From positions 74,092,001-74,156,000 of the forward strand of contig OZ076409.1 of NCBI GenBank assembly GCA_964187785.1: 64,000 nucleotides of DNA, read 5' to 3'. Numbering within the stretch: position 1 is the stretch's first letter; the number at the start of each line of letters is the position of its first letter. Positions 10,508-23,800 of the stretch are shown in pieces. Below the pieces are notes generated by a model that saw only the letters and a list, made by a program, of their open reading frames with translations, made no database searches and was not told the DNA's origin. The DNA comes from Amphiscolops sp. MND2022. Its lineage: Eukaryota. The position numbers and the translations under genes were made by a program.

Positions 10508-12678
10508 GTGGATGGTATTTTATAACAATTAAAGTGTTTTTTTCCGGAGTTTGTGGCTTTGGAAAAAACAAAAGGCGAGAAATTGGGCACTCCAGGCTGA
10601 ACCTAAAAACACCCTAAAATTCGCCCGATTTTTTTACGATCTCGAAACCCAACCGTACGATTTGGCTGAAAATTTGCATGTGGCTCCTAATCAAAGAGTA
10701 ATGAAAAAGTGTAGAGGTGACTTTTTCTGGGAAAATTGTTTTTGTTGCACTTTTTGCGCAATTTTTGACCGATTGTTGCGTTTTTTATGTCGCTTTTGAC
10801 TTTTCAGGCAAAAAACGCATAGATGCTTTGATCCTAGCGCATCCAGTGTTTCGAACAAAAAGTTGAAGCATGTTCTTTTACGTATGTTGTGAAAATTTGG
10901 TTGCCATCGTATCACCCCCCACTGAGATAGAGGGGAACTTCCGGTGGATTTTAGTACCCTAAAAACGAGGACCTCCTAAATTTCAGCATGAATCCGTAGT
11001 TTTAGCGTGCTCATACCCTGCTGAAGTTTTGTTGGGCATATTGAGATAGTCGTGATATCATGTGTTCAGTTCACCCCCCATCACCCCCTGGACCGGAAAT
11101 GAACGTTTTTTGCACTATCAACCCGGAAGTCTCCAATTTCACCGCTAAGCAGTTCTTGTACGAGCAACTACCAGGACATCAAAATTGAAGAACCACCTGA
11201 GGTCAACGTACTGACTACTTGTTGTCCAGTCATAGCTTCCGCTATGACCGGAAATGGGGTCAAAACCCCCTTTTTGGTTGTTTTTTAACAATTTGACTAG
11301 TGTTTAGTCCACATTCAAGTCGCGTAAGTCAATTGAACCAACGTCAGAATGAACTGTATGCTCACTGCGTAGACGTAACTTACACTGACAGATACGGGAA
11401 GTAACCGCCTGTGACCGGAAGTGGTCAATTTTGACCGGAAATGGTCCAAAAAGTAGCGTAAAGCAGTTTTTCACTGCTAATTAAGGTCAAATTTTTACAT
11501 TTTTTAATCTGCGCGAGCTTGTTTTCAGGTTCGTTTTTGCCGCCCGTGCACAGTGCATCAAATTTACAACTGTTAAAACTTCTCTATAATGTCGTCGGAG
11601 AGAAATAATGGGTTATTGGGACTTCTTTCAAAAACATTAGTCTATATCTGTCATTTTTACAAAAAATTATTCAACAGTACAACCACAGCGATTAGTCTCT
11701 ACCCATATTTGTGCCTAACAAAACTATTTGGCCCATTGGCCTCAGTTTGAGCGCTGCAGCTTTGCCCTGTCATAAGTTAGGGCTCCTTAAAATTTTTCAA
11801 ACATCTTTCAAAAAAAACTTCTCAACTTCAGGTCTCCCAAAGTAAAGAAATTTCCACACAAGTAGGTTTCCAAATGGTTGCATGTGGGAAGCCCTATAGT
11901 TGAAAAGAAAAATGCCGCTTAGAACGCCACTTTATCGTAACTAGACGTTAACGTATGGTGCTTTGAATGAGAGCTTGATAAGGGGTTGAGAAATCAAAGT
12001 GTGTAAATGGAACGTATGTCTCGTCGAAAAGTCATGAAAATACATTCCGTGAACACCAATTATCATCAATTGCAGTTGCCTAGTGCAAAAACGTCTCTCA
12101 AGGACAATTTATCCGTTTTCATAACTGTCCAACTTGCTTTTAAATTCAGTTAGCAAGAAACAGTTGAGTACATTCTCATCTCTCCCCATAGGGTGAGATG
12201 AGATTGTTCTTGCTAAAAGCCAGGTACTACGGCCCACTTTTGTTTTAATGTGACGCATTTTGTGCTTTAGCACATAGATACTTTTATTTCGTCTGACTTC
12301 TCGTATACACTCTGAAATGTCAATGTAAATTTTTCGTCATTACTTTACATAAACTTACTACCATACAACTTTAACTTCAACGCCACATACATTCAGACGC
12401 CCACTATTCCGTAGGTACGCCGCGGCATGCCTTTCGACGACGTATGTCAAAACGCAAACGCAATAAAAAGTGCTGAAATTCAGAAACAGTGACAAACAAA
12501 TATGATTACTTGAAATATGGGAGGTTTTTATATGGAACTTACACATAGCTGACATTTCACAACATTGCAGCTGACGCCCACGTGCCAACATCAACGCCCA
12601 CCGTCCGTGGGCATGCCGAGGCATGCCCTTCGACGACGTATAGCAAATCCCTTTCACCGACGCGAACTCTCCCGCTAG
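10508..12678 (+). mobile_element. Divergent composite unit (B-like left part, A-like right part, doubled 3' terminus), 2171 bp
   Basis: About 10900-11480 resembles type B and about 11640-12250 resembles a diverged type A. A degenerate terminus lies at ~12377-12447 and an intact one ends at 12678. Confidence 0.7.
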
Positions 12679-14055
12679 GTGGTTGGGGCGGTCCCCAGAA
12701 CGCACAAGGAGGCGCGGGGAGGGTCCTGCGCCGACGTAGAATAATTTCATATAATACTAGTATCCTACATGGGTGTTTTAGAAGCGATTTTGGAATCTAA
12801 CCGTAGGATTTGGATAATTTTTTGCATGCGGCCATAACTCGAAATTCTAAGAACTTTTTCCTACTGTCATTTTCCCCGCAAATTGTTTTTTGTTGACTTA
12901 TGGCCGAAAAACCGGAAATAACGTCCTTTTTAAACGTTATATCCGAAGTGTCGTCATAACTTTTTTCCAGGGCATGCTAGCGTTCTCGTTCACTTTTACA
13001 CTTAGTTGCAGCATCTCAAAATACAACTGGTGGAAAATTTTGGTTGCATTCGGATCACCCCCCACCGAGATAAAAGGGTTCCCCCCTCCAGTTTTACCCC
13101 CCAATTTTGCAAAAAAGCCAATTTTGAGCATGAAGCCGAGGATTTAGCGTACCCGCACCCTTCTGATGTTTTGTTGTACCTATTGGGGTCAATCTGACGA
13201 CATGTGTGGTTTTCACCCCCAACCCCCCCTGGGACCGGAAATGACACTTTTTTGTGTTTTTTGGCAGAATTTAGCCTTTTTCATTATTAGGTAGTCGTTT
13301 TAGGGACTCCTAGCAGGATATCGAAATTGAAATACAACCTGATCACAACCCAGTGACAACATGTTGGCCACTTGGAGGTATCATCATGACCGGAAGTGGG
13401 GTCAACCCCCCCTTTTTGTGACCGCTTTTTGACCTTGTGCACCAAAATGTCAACAACTTGAGGCCTAATGAGGCATTCAAATCTGTACAAAGATAAAATG
13501 TTAGACAATGGAAGTCCCGGAAGATCTTTAGCATATACCGGAAGTTACCCCCCATGACCGGAAGTTACCCAATGTGACCGGAAATGGTCCAAAAATTAAT
13601 GTAAAGTTGAATTTTTCACTATTTCAAGACCACTTTCATTCCCAAAACTAGCGTACTGGCTTGTTTTCCTGAATTTATGGAAATTGATCAGCTCTATCAC
13701 CCCCGATAGCCTTCGAAGTTGACCTAGCGTCAACTTTGGAGGCTATCGATACTGAAAATGAACAACAAAGTACATTGTTGCTCTCGGTTTTTTCCCGTTG
13801 TTTTTCCTCAAACATTCTTGAGACATATACATGGCCGTTAGTTGAAATCAATATTTAGCCCATGTTATAGCTGGAGCAGCGAAGCGTTACACAGAATAGT
13901 GTGATTTTGAAATTACATTATTTAAATTAACAACTGACCGTCTTAGTCAACTCCACACATTCATACCAACGTCCACCGTCTGTGGGCATGCCGAGGCATG
14001 CCCTTCGACGACGTATGACGAATCCACTCCAACGACACCCGCAGTCCTCAGCTAG
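12679..14055 (+). mobile_element. Non-autonomous unit type B, 1377 bp
   Basis: Near-identical to 2068-3455. Confidence 0.8.
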
Positions 14056-17000
14056 GTGGTCGGGGCGCTCTCCCAACCTCTTCCGCCGCCTCGGGGAGGG
14101 TCCTGATTGGCGGCACCCCTTATGGAAAACTTACTGTTAGAAACGCACCAGTGTAATGCTGATTTCGAAAACCACCCGTACGATTTTGCTCAAATTTTGC
14201 ATGTAGCTCCCAAATTCCAATACAAGAACTAATTCCTACTGCCATTTTTCCGGGAAAACTCAAAAAGTTGGTCAAAAATGACATTTTCTGAGTGAAAAAT
14301 GGCCATTTTTTGACTTTTTTATTTTTGATCGGCTATAACTTTTTCCAGGGTGCTCGGATCGAAAAAAGTTTGTATAGGTAAAGTTGTTCGGCACTTCGAG
14401 TAGAACTCGTAGACAAAGTTTGGTTGAGATCGGATGAAAATTGACTGAGGAATAACCGAAAAACCATCGATTTTTTGAAAAAAATTTTGACACACTAGTA
14501 TGACTCTGCCGTTTTTCGGCCAAAGTTCTTTCTAGAACCTCGTCTAAAGTCCTCCCCTGGCTGAATTACCTCCCAGCAAAACCATTTGGCCCATTTGCCG
14601 AAGTTTCAGCGTTCCAGCATTCCCCGGGTAAAAGATAAATGACTTAGAATTTTTACAAAAAAATTTCAAAAAAAAATTTTTTTCTTCAAGCTTCCCAAAG
14701 TCAAGGAACTTCCACACAACTAGTATTGCAAGTGAATGCATGTGGAAAGTGCTCGAATAGACGAGAAAAATGAGCTATTATGAAGCTCTGTAGCTTAACC
14801 TGACGTTGACTTATGACAATTTTAGTGTGAGCTTGCTATGTCGTAAAAATGAAAAAAAACTCAAAATCGAAGCTAAGTCTCATCCAAAACTCATCGGAAT
14901 ACGTTCAATCAACCCCAGAGCTGTTCAATCAGCGCTGTTTAGTGCAGCAACGCTATTTAGGGCCTTAGGATCCATTTTGGTAAGTTTTGAAACCGTCTTA
15001 TCCTTCTAATAGCACAAAACAGTTTCGTACATTCCATCTCCCTCTCGGGGGAGATGAGAATGTACTCACAAAAAACCAAGTATTACACCCCCATTCTACC
15101 AGTAGTGGCGTTACAAATGCAGCAGCGTGAGCTTTACAGTAGTCTCTACGTGTGTTGACTCTGAGCTAGAAATGTATTTATATCACCAAACGTGAATGAA
15201 ATGTTTTACTCCAAAATTATTTTACATTTAATATGTCATCAATGCACGCATTTCAATCTATCTACAACTACTACTACCTACCCCCGTGCTAGTCACGCAC
15301 AAGCCTGCAGCGCTAGGTGGCCGGAAATTTTTTTTTCAGCAAAATCTTTGCCATTGGGGGAGGGGCCCCGGATGGCCAGTAGTACGGGATAGCTTCCTAC
15401 CAAATCCAGGCGGAAAAAACGTGATTTTGGAAACTAGCCGTCAGAATTTGCTCAAATTTTGCATACGGCTTCCTATAACAATCCTAAGAACTAATCCCTA
15501 CTGGCATTTTGCCCAAAAAACGCAAAAAGTTGGTCAAAATCTTAGTTTTTTGGTCAAAAAATGGCAATTTTTCGAAAAAAATTTTTTTCAGAGACAATTA
15601 CTCGTAACTGGTTCACCCAGCGCAAAAACGCCTAGCTGATTTATTGTTGGGCACTTCATGAGGAGTGCGTATACAAATTTTCGTCCAGATCGGAAGAAAA
15701 TTGACTAAGTATTAGCCGGAATTCGGACGCATTTTTTCGCAAATTTTTGAAAACCTAGTCTATCTCTGCCGTTTTTTGCCCAGATTTTTTTCCAGGTCCT
15801 CTCCTAAAGGCCTCCCCTGGCCGGTTTACTTCCCAGAAAAACCATTTGGCCCTAAATACGGAGTTTCAGCGTTCTAGCATTCCCGGGCGAAAAGATGTGG
15901 GACTTAGAAAAAATTCAAAATTTTTCAAAAAAATTTTTTTTCGTTTTCCGGCCCCCCAATGAAGGGGAACGACCCCCCAACGAGGATTTTTGGTGAATTC
16001 ACGTGGAAAGGCCTTGTTTTGTGGAGCAAATTGCCGTTTAGAGTGACTTTTTATCTTAACTTGACGTTGACCTCTGTCGTTTTGAATTTGATATTAGTAT
16101 GTGTTGAGCATGTGAAAAGTTGATGATTTCAGTTGTTCTCTCGTGTTCAAGCCATTGAGATACAAGCGGTAGTGATCAAAATGTGATTTATCGCAATTTG
16201 GTGGTGCTTTTGGTGTATTTTGATTCTTTTAAATAAAAAGTTGTTCTTTATATATTTGGTGTATTGATTCAAATGAACAAGAAACAGTTGAGTACATTTC
16301 ATCTCCCCCCTTGTGGGGGAGATGAGGATGTACCCGCTAAATGACACGCACAATGGCCCAATTTTATTTTTATGCGACATTTTCTAGGCTTTTGCGCAAG
16401 CCCACTAAAATTTAGACTGGTTTCCTTTTCTTTTACTCCAAAATTTTCCGTACTAACCACCTTACGCACCACCAGCTCAACGTAACATCTGTAACGTCAA
16501 CGCCACACACTCTCACTAACGCCCACCGTCCGTGGGCATGCCGAGGCATGCCCTTCGACGACGTATGCCAAATAGCGCCACAGGGCGCAAACTTGTCCGC
16601 TAGGTGCCGGTGTTTTTCACGACAAAGAAAGTTGCGCGCTTTGGGTAGGGTCCCGGCGCGCTTTTGGGGTTCATTTTAACAACCTGATCTCCCGTTGCAC
16701 GTATGTCCGATTTTCCAAACTATCCTACCAATTTTGCTGAAATTTTGCATGTGAGTCCCTATGGACATTCTAAGAACAAATCCCTACTGGCGTTTTGCCC
16801 GGAAAATTTTTTTTGTTGACTTATTGACAATTTTAGGTGCCGAAAATGACGTTTTTTCAAAAAAAAAAATTTTAAGAGCCCATATCTCGCTCCCAGGTGC
16901 CCGGAGCGGGTCGCATGTGGACGTTGATATTGCTAGACACTTCGTAAAGAGTCTGTAGACAAATTTTGGTTCAGATTGGATGAAAATTGATTGAGTAATA

Positions 17001-17885
17001 GCCGCAAATTGGACGCATTTTGTCGAAATTTTTCGAAACCCCAGTCTATCTCTGCCGTTTTTTGCCCAGATTTTTTTCTAGACCCTCTCCTAAAGACCTC
17101 CCCTGGCCGGAATACCTCCCAGCAAAACCATTTGGCCCTAAATACGAAGTTTCAGCGTTCTAGCATTCTCGGGCGAAAAGTTGTGGGACTTAAAAAAATT
17201 TTTTTGAAAACGCAAATTGTGTAAAGTCAACTTCAGGCCTCCCAAAGTCAAGGAACTTCCACACAACTAGTATTGCAAGTGAATGCATGTGGAAAGTACT
17301 CGGATAGACGAGAAAAATGAGCTACTATAAATCTCTGTAGCTTAACCTGACGTTGACTTATGACAATTTTAGTGTGAGCTTGCTATGTGAGAAAAAAATT
17401 CAAAATTGAAAATCGAAGCTAAGTCTCATCCAAAACTCATCGGAACACGTTCAATCCATCCCAGAGCGGTTTAATTCCAGCTATATAATGCAGCAACACT
17501 ATTCAAGACCATTTGATCTACTTACATTAGTTTTGACACCGTATTATTCATCCGAGAGCACAAAACAGTTGAGTACATTCCATCTCCCTTTCGGGGGAGA
17601 TGAGAATGTACTCGCTAAAGTCCAGGTACTACAGCCCATATTTGTTTTTATGCGACGCTTTTTTGGTTTGTATGCTAGTGCGTACACGTATTAATCTTTT
17701 ACCATATTTTTTGTCGTCTGCAGTTTGCTTTTGACTTGACATAAACTGAACGTTTTGTCCTTACAACATACACATTACTAACGTCAACGCCCCATCCTTG
17801 CATCAACGCCCACCGTCCGTGGGCATGCCGAGGCATGCCCTTCGACGACGTATACCAAGATATACATAAGCGCGGTAGCCGCTAG
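14056..17885 (+). mobile_element. Three type A units (1261, 1287, 1282 bp); the first has a variant terminus
   Basis: Junction CTAG ends at 15316, 16603 and 17885. Central block present in all three. Confidence 0.8.
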
Positions 17886-20850
17886 GTGCCGTGGGGGGGT
17901 CCCCGGACTTTATTTTGAGGCGCGGGTAGGGTCCTGCGCCGAAGTGGAAAATTACTATAAACAACCTAGGGAAACCGTACCCCAAAACGAGCGATATTCT
18001 AAACTACCCATACGATTGGGCTGAAATTTTGCATGCAGCTCCTATTTGTTATTCTAAGAACAAAGTCCTACTACCATTTTGCTGGCAAAACTCAATTTGT
18101 TGGTCAAAATCACTATTTTAGGTGCCAAAAATGACCTTTTTTTAAAGGAAAAATTTTTAAGAGCCAATATCTCGCTCGCAGGTGCCCGTAGCGGCCTGAC
18201 CTCGAACCGCACTATTGCTGGGCACTTCACAGGGAGTCCGTATGCAAATTTTCGTCCAGATCGGATGAAAATTGATAGAGTTATAACCGATTTTTGGCGC
18301 ATTTTTTCAAAAATTTCGGAAACTCCAGTATATCTCTGCCGTGTTTTGCCCAAAATTTTTTTGAGACACTCGCCTAAAGGCCTCCCCTGGCCGGTTTACG
18401 TCCCAGAAAAACCATTTGACCCTAAATACGGAGTTTCAGCGTTCCAGGATTCCCCGGGTAAAAGATAAATGACTTAGAATTTTTTCGAAAAATTTTCAAA
18501 TTTTTTTTTCAAGTTCAGGCCTCCCAAAGTTAAGAAACTTCCACACAACTAGTATTGCAAGTGAATGCATGTGGAAAGTACTCGGATAGACAAGAAAAAT
18601 GAGCTATTATAAACCTCTGTAGCTTAACTTGACGTTGACTTATGACATTTTGAGTGTGAGCTAGCAAAGGTGTCGAAAAATGAAAAATCAAAAATTTTGT
18701 CTTAGTCTCATCGGAAACTCATCGGAACGCAAGCAATGGACCCCAGAGCGTGCTAAATGGTAGTTGTCGAATGCATAATTACTATTCAAGGTCTTTGGAC
18801 CCATTTTAATAACTTTAGATACCGTCTTAAACATTCTATAGCACGAAACAGCTAAGTACTTTCCATCTCCCCTCTTGGGGATCTTCTAAACTATCCATAC
18901 AATTTGCCTGAAATTTGGCACAGAGCCTCCTTGAAAGACTCTAAGAACTTTTTCCCACTGGCGTTTTTCGATTGAAATAATCTATACTGACCAAAATTGC
19001 ATTTAAAGTGTCCAATTTTGCGTTTTAAGTGAATTTTTTAACTTTGACGGTCCTTAACTTTTTCTGAGGTGCTCGGAGCGGGTCGCATGTGCACAGCAAT
19101 ATTGTTCAGCGGTTTGTGTAGAGTTTATAGGGTAATTTTCGTCGAAATCGGATCGAAATTGACAGAATTATAACTAGTTTTTGGACAAATTTTGCGGAAA
19201 ACCCAGTCTATCTCTGCCATTTTCGCCAAAATTTTCAAAAGTGCTTTTACAGGAGGGAACCCCTGGCCAAATTTCTGCCGAACAAAACCATTTGGCCCTA
19301 AATACGAAGTTTCAGCGTTCTAGCATTTCCCAGTGAAAAGTTATGGGACTTAGAATTTTCACAAAAATTTTCTAAAATTTGTTTTTCAACTTTAAGACCC
19401 CCAAAGTCAGGAATTTTCCACACAACTAGAATTGCAAGTGAATCCATGTGGAAAGCCCTGCAACTGAAGAGAACAATGCCGTTTAGATCGACTTTCTATC
19501 TTAACTTGACGTTGATTTATGATATTTTGTCAAACTAAATGTTTAGACATGTTTTCTCTATGACTAAACATCTTCAAAGGTCGTTCGTGGTGTGGGCCTT
19601 CTGATTCGTTCACAGGATAAATCAATTGAAGTAAACATCTGGGAAGCCTGGGATCACAATGAAAAGTGATTTCATCAAAATTGTACTCATTTTCGTCAAT
19701 CACTATGTACACAGAATGCATAGTGTGAGTTTTATCACTTGAATGATGTTTTTGAAGAACTTGGGCTGGTCAAGGTGATGTATGAGACATTTTTTTCATT
19801 TATACTTCTACATTTCCTAAAACTTTTAACCCATTATCTCAAAACGCTAACTTTGCAAAATACGTTCAGTTACTTTATTCAACGATTAGAGTATCGGTGA
19901 ACGGTGTGGTTGATCAGAAACTCTCAGTTCTTTTGTTTTACGAGATAATTCCCTTCCCATGCGTTACATTTGTATCAGAAAAAAAAGTAGAAGCTAAAAA
20001 ATACGCTATTTTGCAAAGATAGAATCGCCACGATTGTGTCTAAAAACACTTTAAACACTTCTAACGCCACCTTACGGACCCAAGATGGTGGAAAATACCG
20101 TTCACAATGTTGCAATGTGCTTTTTTTACAATCCAGGTTGAACAATTTTTGTATATTTTACAAGTAGCTGTTAACTGAATCTTGTGATAGCCTTTCAAAT
20201 TGGCCTTGTGTCAACTTGGGAAGGCTATCACCACAAAAAACACTGAACAAAGTCACTTCTCGTTTATGGGATAATGCTGGCGATAGTCGTTTTCGTGATT
20301 CTTTCCTACCGTTATTACCTTCCATCAAGTCAGCTATCGATTGCATTCAGTCTTGATAAAAACCTTATGAATTCGAAGACCTTTTTCTATTTTTTGTTGA
20401 CAGCAGTACTTATGAAGTTTATATTGAATCTAAACATTTAGTACAAAAATTTTAGCTTTCTTTACCGTTATCAGCCCCATCCACCCCGTACGTTCTCGTA
20501 CCCCAACACAACAAATTCTCTAAGTCAACGCCACACACTCGCATCAATGCCCACAGTCCGTAGGCATGCCGAGATGAACGTCATCATTTTTTTTGCCAAG
20601 ATAACAGAATAAGTTAACATTATGTTGTTTCTCACGCGCAAGAGCGAGATTGAAGATCCAAGTCGAAAAAAGATGTTGTCAACTTTTACACTAATGTGTT
20701 CCTATTAAACATCAGAACCAATACTGACGCAATCTAATTACCCGACGCCACATACCCTCATCAACGCCCACTGTCCGTAGGCATGCCGAGGCATGCCTTT
20801 CGACGACGTATGCCAAATACCTTCCAGCGACGCCCGCGCTCCCCGGCTAG
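17886..20850 (+). mobile_element. Composite unit, 2965 bp: two fused partial type A units plus ~1.2 kb of sequence unique in the window
   Basis: Fusion at ~18881. Unique sequence at ~19530-20760. Truncated terminus at ~20525-20575 and intact terminus at 20761-20850. Confidence 0.7.
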
Positions 20851-23800
20851 GTGCGGGGGGGTAACCCCTACAAAGATATTGGAGGATTCGGGTAGGGTCC
20901 TGAATCCGATTTTAACTCTAATAGCTATCGATAGGAAATCTTGCAAAAATTTCGGGATCTCGTGATCTAACCATAGGATTTTAAAGTTGGAGCGGCCCCC
21001 ACCAGATTTTCCAAAATTATTCGCCCCCCACCGGGTTCCAGCGTGATTGAAATATTTTGTCGGGGTACACGGGCGACCGTTAGGGGTCATTTTGGGGGTA
21101 AAATTTATATAATGTCGCATAACTTTTTTCCTGTTGGATTAAAACTTTGGGACCCTGCTAAAAGTTTCTTGACCGTGTTGCGGGGGCTCCGGAGGTCCAA
21201 ACCAAATTTTTCTATCTTGAAGCTATCTCCAAGTACCCCCCCGCCCAAACCGTTATTTTTCCGGAAACGCAGGTTTTTGACCCGGAAGGAGTCGTCTGAG
21301 CGCGGGGTCGTTAGGTGATGTATTGGGGACGGCTTCGAGACGAAGCGGGGGACGTGTAGTTTGCCGACCCCAGTTTACCCCCCGGACGGGAAATGACCGT
21401 TATTTGAGCGTGAAAAATGTCCCCCTCCACGTTTTACCGCTATTTCCGGTGTGAAGGAGTGGGAGTAGCGCGTCGGGTGTTATATAACAAAAGTAGGTTT
21501 AGACAAGGACCTATCGGAAACATGTAGTTTGGGACCCTCTGGACCAACCCGTTAGCGGGAAATGGCGCTTCCGCTTCCTTTTTTTACTGCTAAAACCGTA
21601 AAATGGGCATTGAGGGGTAAATATCTCGTGAACGCGTGGAGCAATCGTGTCCATCACTACTACAAGGTTTCATACCCATGATATGGTGCCTTCAGGGGGG
21701 CAAACAGATTTCCGCTATCTATCACCGTTACCGACTTGGCCCCCCAGCCTAACCGCTATGTGACCGGAAATGTCACTTTTTGAGCCCAAAGGGTCGGTCC
21801 CAGCCGGGGAACGTTAGGTAACTTATTGTAGTACTCAATGAGACGAGTTGGGGGATATAGTTTCAGTCACCCCCCGTTACCCCTTGGGACCGGAAATGAC
21901 CGTTATGTGGGTAAAATTGCAATTTTTATACTTTTTCAAGTGTATTTAGGTGCGGAAGGAGTGGTAATAGGTGCTTGGACACTATATGAGGTAAGGGAGG
22001 ACGTGAGGCGAGCATTCGGAAATAACCGCTATGTTGACCCTAAAGTCCCCCTGGTACCGTAAACGACCGGAAATGGTCAAATTTTGTGTCTATTGGGTAC
22101 AAATGTTTAGTATTTTGTAGATAAAAGTATCTATTAGGTGTTTCGACGGCCTGCAATAGTGAACATAGTCATGAAACCTTGTGGGGGGTAACGGGGTATA
22201 TAGCACCGGAAGTCCAAACCGTTGGACACAGGATAGGTTTTTGGTTTGAAAATGTCTTTCGGCGTACTTTTGTCGACTATTATGGACTATTATTAAAAAT
22301 TAAAGTTTTTCCATATAGTTTCAGAGACTCCGAAATCTCAACCAACATAACCGTTACACTTTGATAGCCTTTCAAGTTGGCCTGGTGTCAACTTGGAAGC
22401 GCTATCCTTCTGAAATCGTTAATCAATAGTGTTTTTGGGTAGGTATATATTGCATTAGTACCAATTAGAGCTTCATCAACAGTGTATCAACGACAAAAAC
22501 TATGCCGTCATGATTCCGTTATTAGAATCATAGTGAGCAAATAGTTGAAAAAAATGGTTTTTTCCATACAAAATGTGTCCTAAATGCCAGGAAACCTATT
22601 TACCTAACAAATGGTATTAATTGGAATGTATGTAACAGATTTATAAAAGTTCAAATTGAATATTACATTTCATTATGGAAGCTGAAACGTTATATTTTAG
22701 TTTGATTAACGTCCACGCCACATACTTTACATCAACGCCCACCGTCTGTGGGCATGCCGAGGCATGCCCTTCGACGACATATACCAAATACATACCTAAC
22801 GACGCCCGTACATCCCGGGCTAGGTGCGGGGGGGTAACCCCAACAAATATATTGGAGGATTCGGGTAGGGTCCTGAATCCGATTTTAACTCTAATAGCTA
22901 TCGATAGGAAATCTTGCAAAAATTTCGGGATCTCGTGATCTAACCATAGGATTTTAAAGTTGGAGCGGCCCCCACCAGATTTTCCGAAAATTAGCGCCCC
23001 CCACCGGGTTCCAGCGTGATTGAAATATTTTGACGGGGTACACGGGCGACCGTTAGGGGTCATTTTGGGGGTAAAATTTATATCCGGTCGCATAACTTTT
23101 TTTCTGTTGATTTAAAACATTGGAACCCTGCTAAAAGTTTCTTGACCGTGTTGCAAGGGCCCCGAAGGTCCAAACCAAATTTTTCTATCTTGAAGCTATC
23201 TCCAAGTACCCCCCCGCTCAAACCGTTATTTTTCCGGAAACGCAGGTTTTTGACCCGGAAGGAGTCGTCTGAGCGCGGGGTCGTTAGGTGATGTATTGGG
23301 GACGGCCTTGAGACGAAGTGGGGGACAAGTAGTTTGCCAACCTCAATTTACCCCCCGGACGGGAAATGACCGTTATATGAGCGTGAAAAATGCCCCCTCC
23401 ACGTTTTACCGCTATTTCCGGTGTGAAGGAGTGGGAGTAGCGCGTCGGGTGTTATATAACAAAAGTAGGTTTAGACAAGGACCTATCGGAAACATGTAGT
23501 TTGGGACCCCCTGGACCAACCCGTTAGCGGGAAATGGGGCTTCCGCCTCCTTTTTTTAGTGCTAAAACCGTAAAATGGGCATTGAGGGGTAAATATCTCG
23601 TGAACGCGTGGAGCAATCGTGTCCATCACTACTACAAGGTTTCATACCCATGATATGGTGCCTTCAGGGGGGCAAACAGATTTCCGCTATCTATCACCGT
23701 TACCGACTTGGCCCCCCAGCCTAACCGCTATGTGACCGGAAATGTCACTTTTTGAGCCCAAAGGGTCGGTCCTAGCCGGGGAACGTCAGGTAACTTATTG

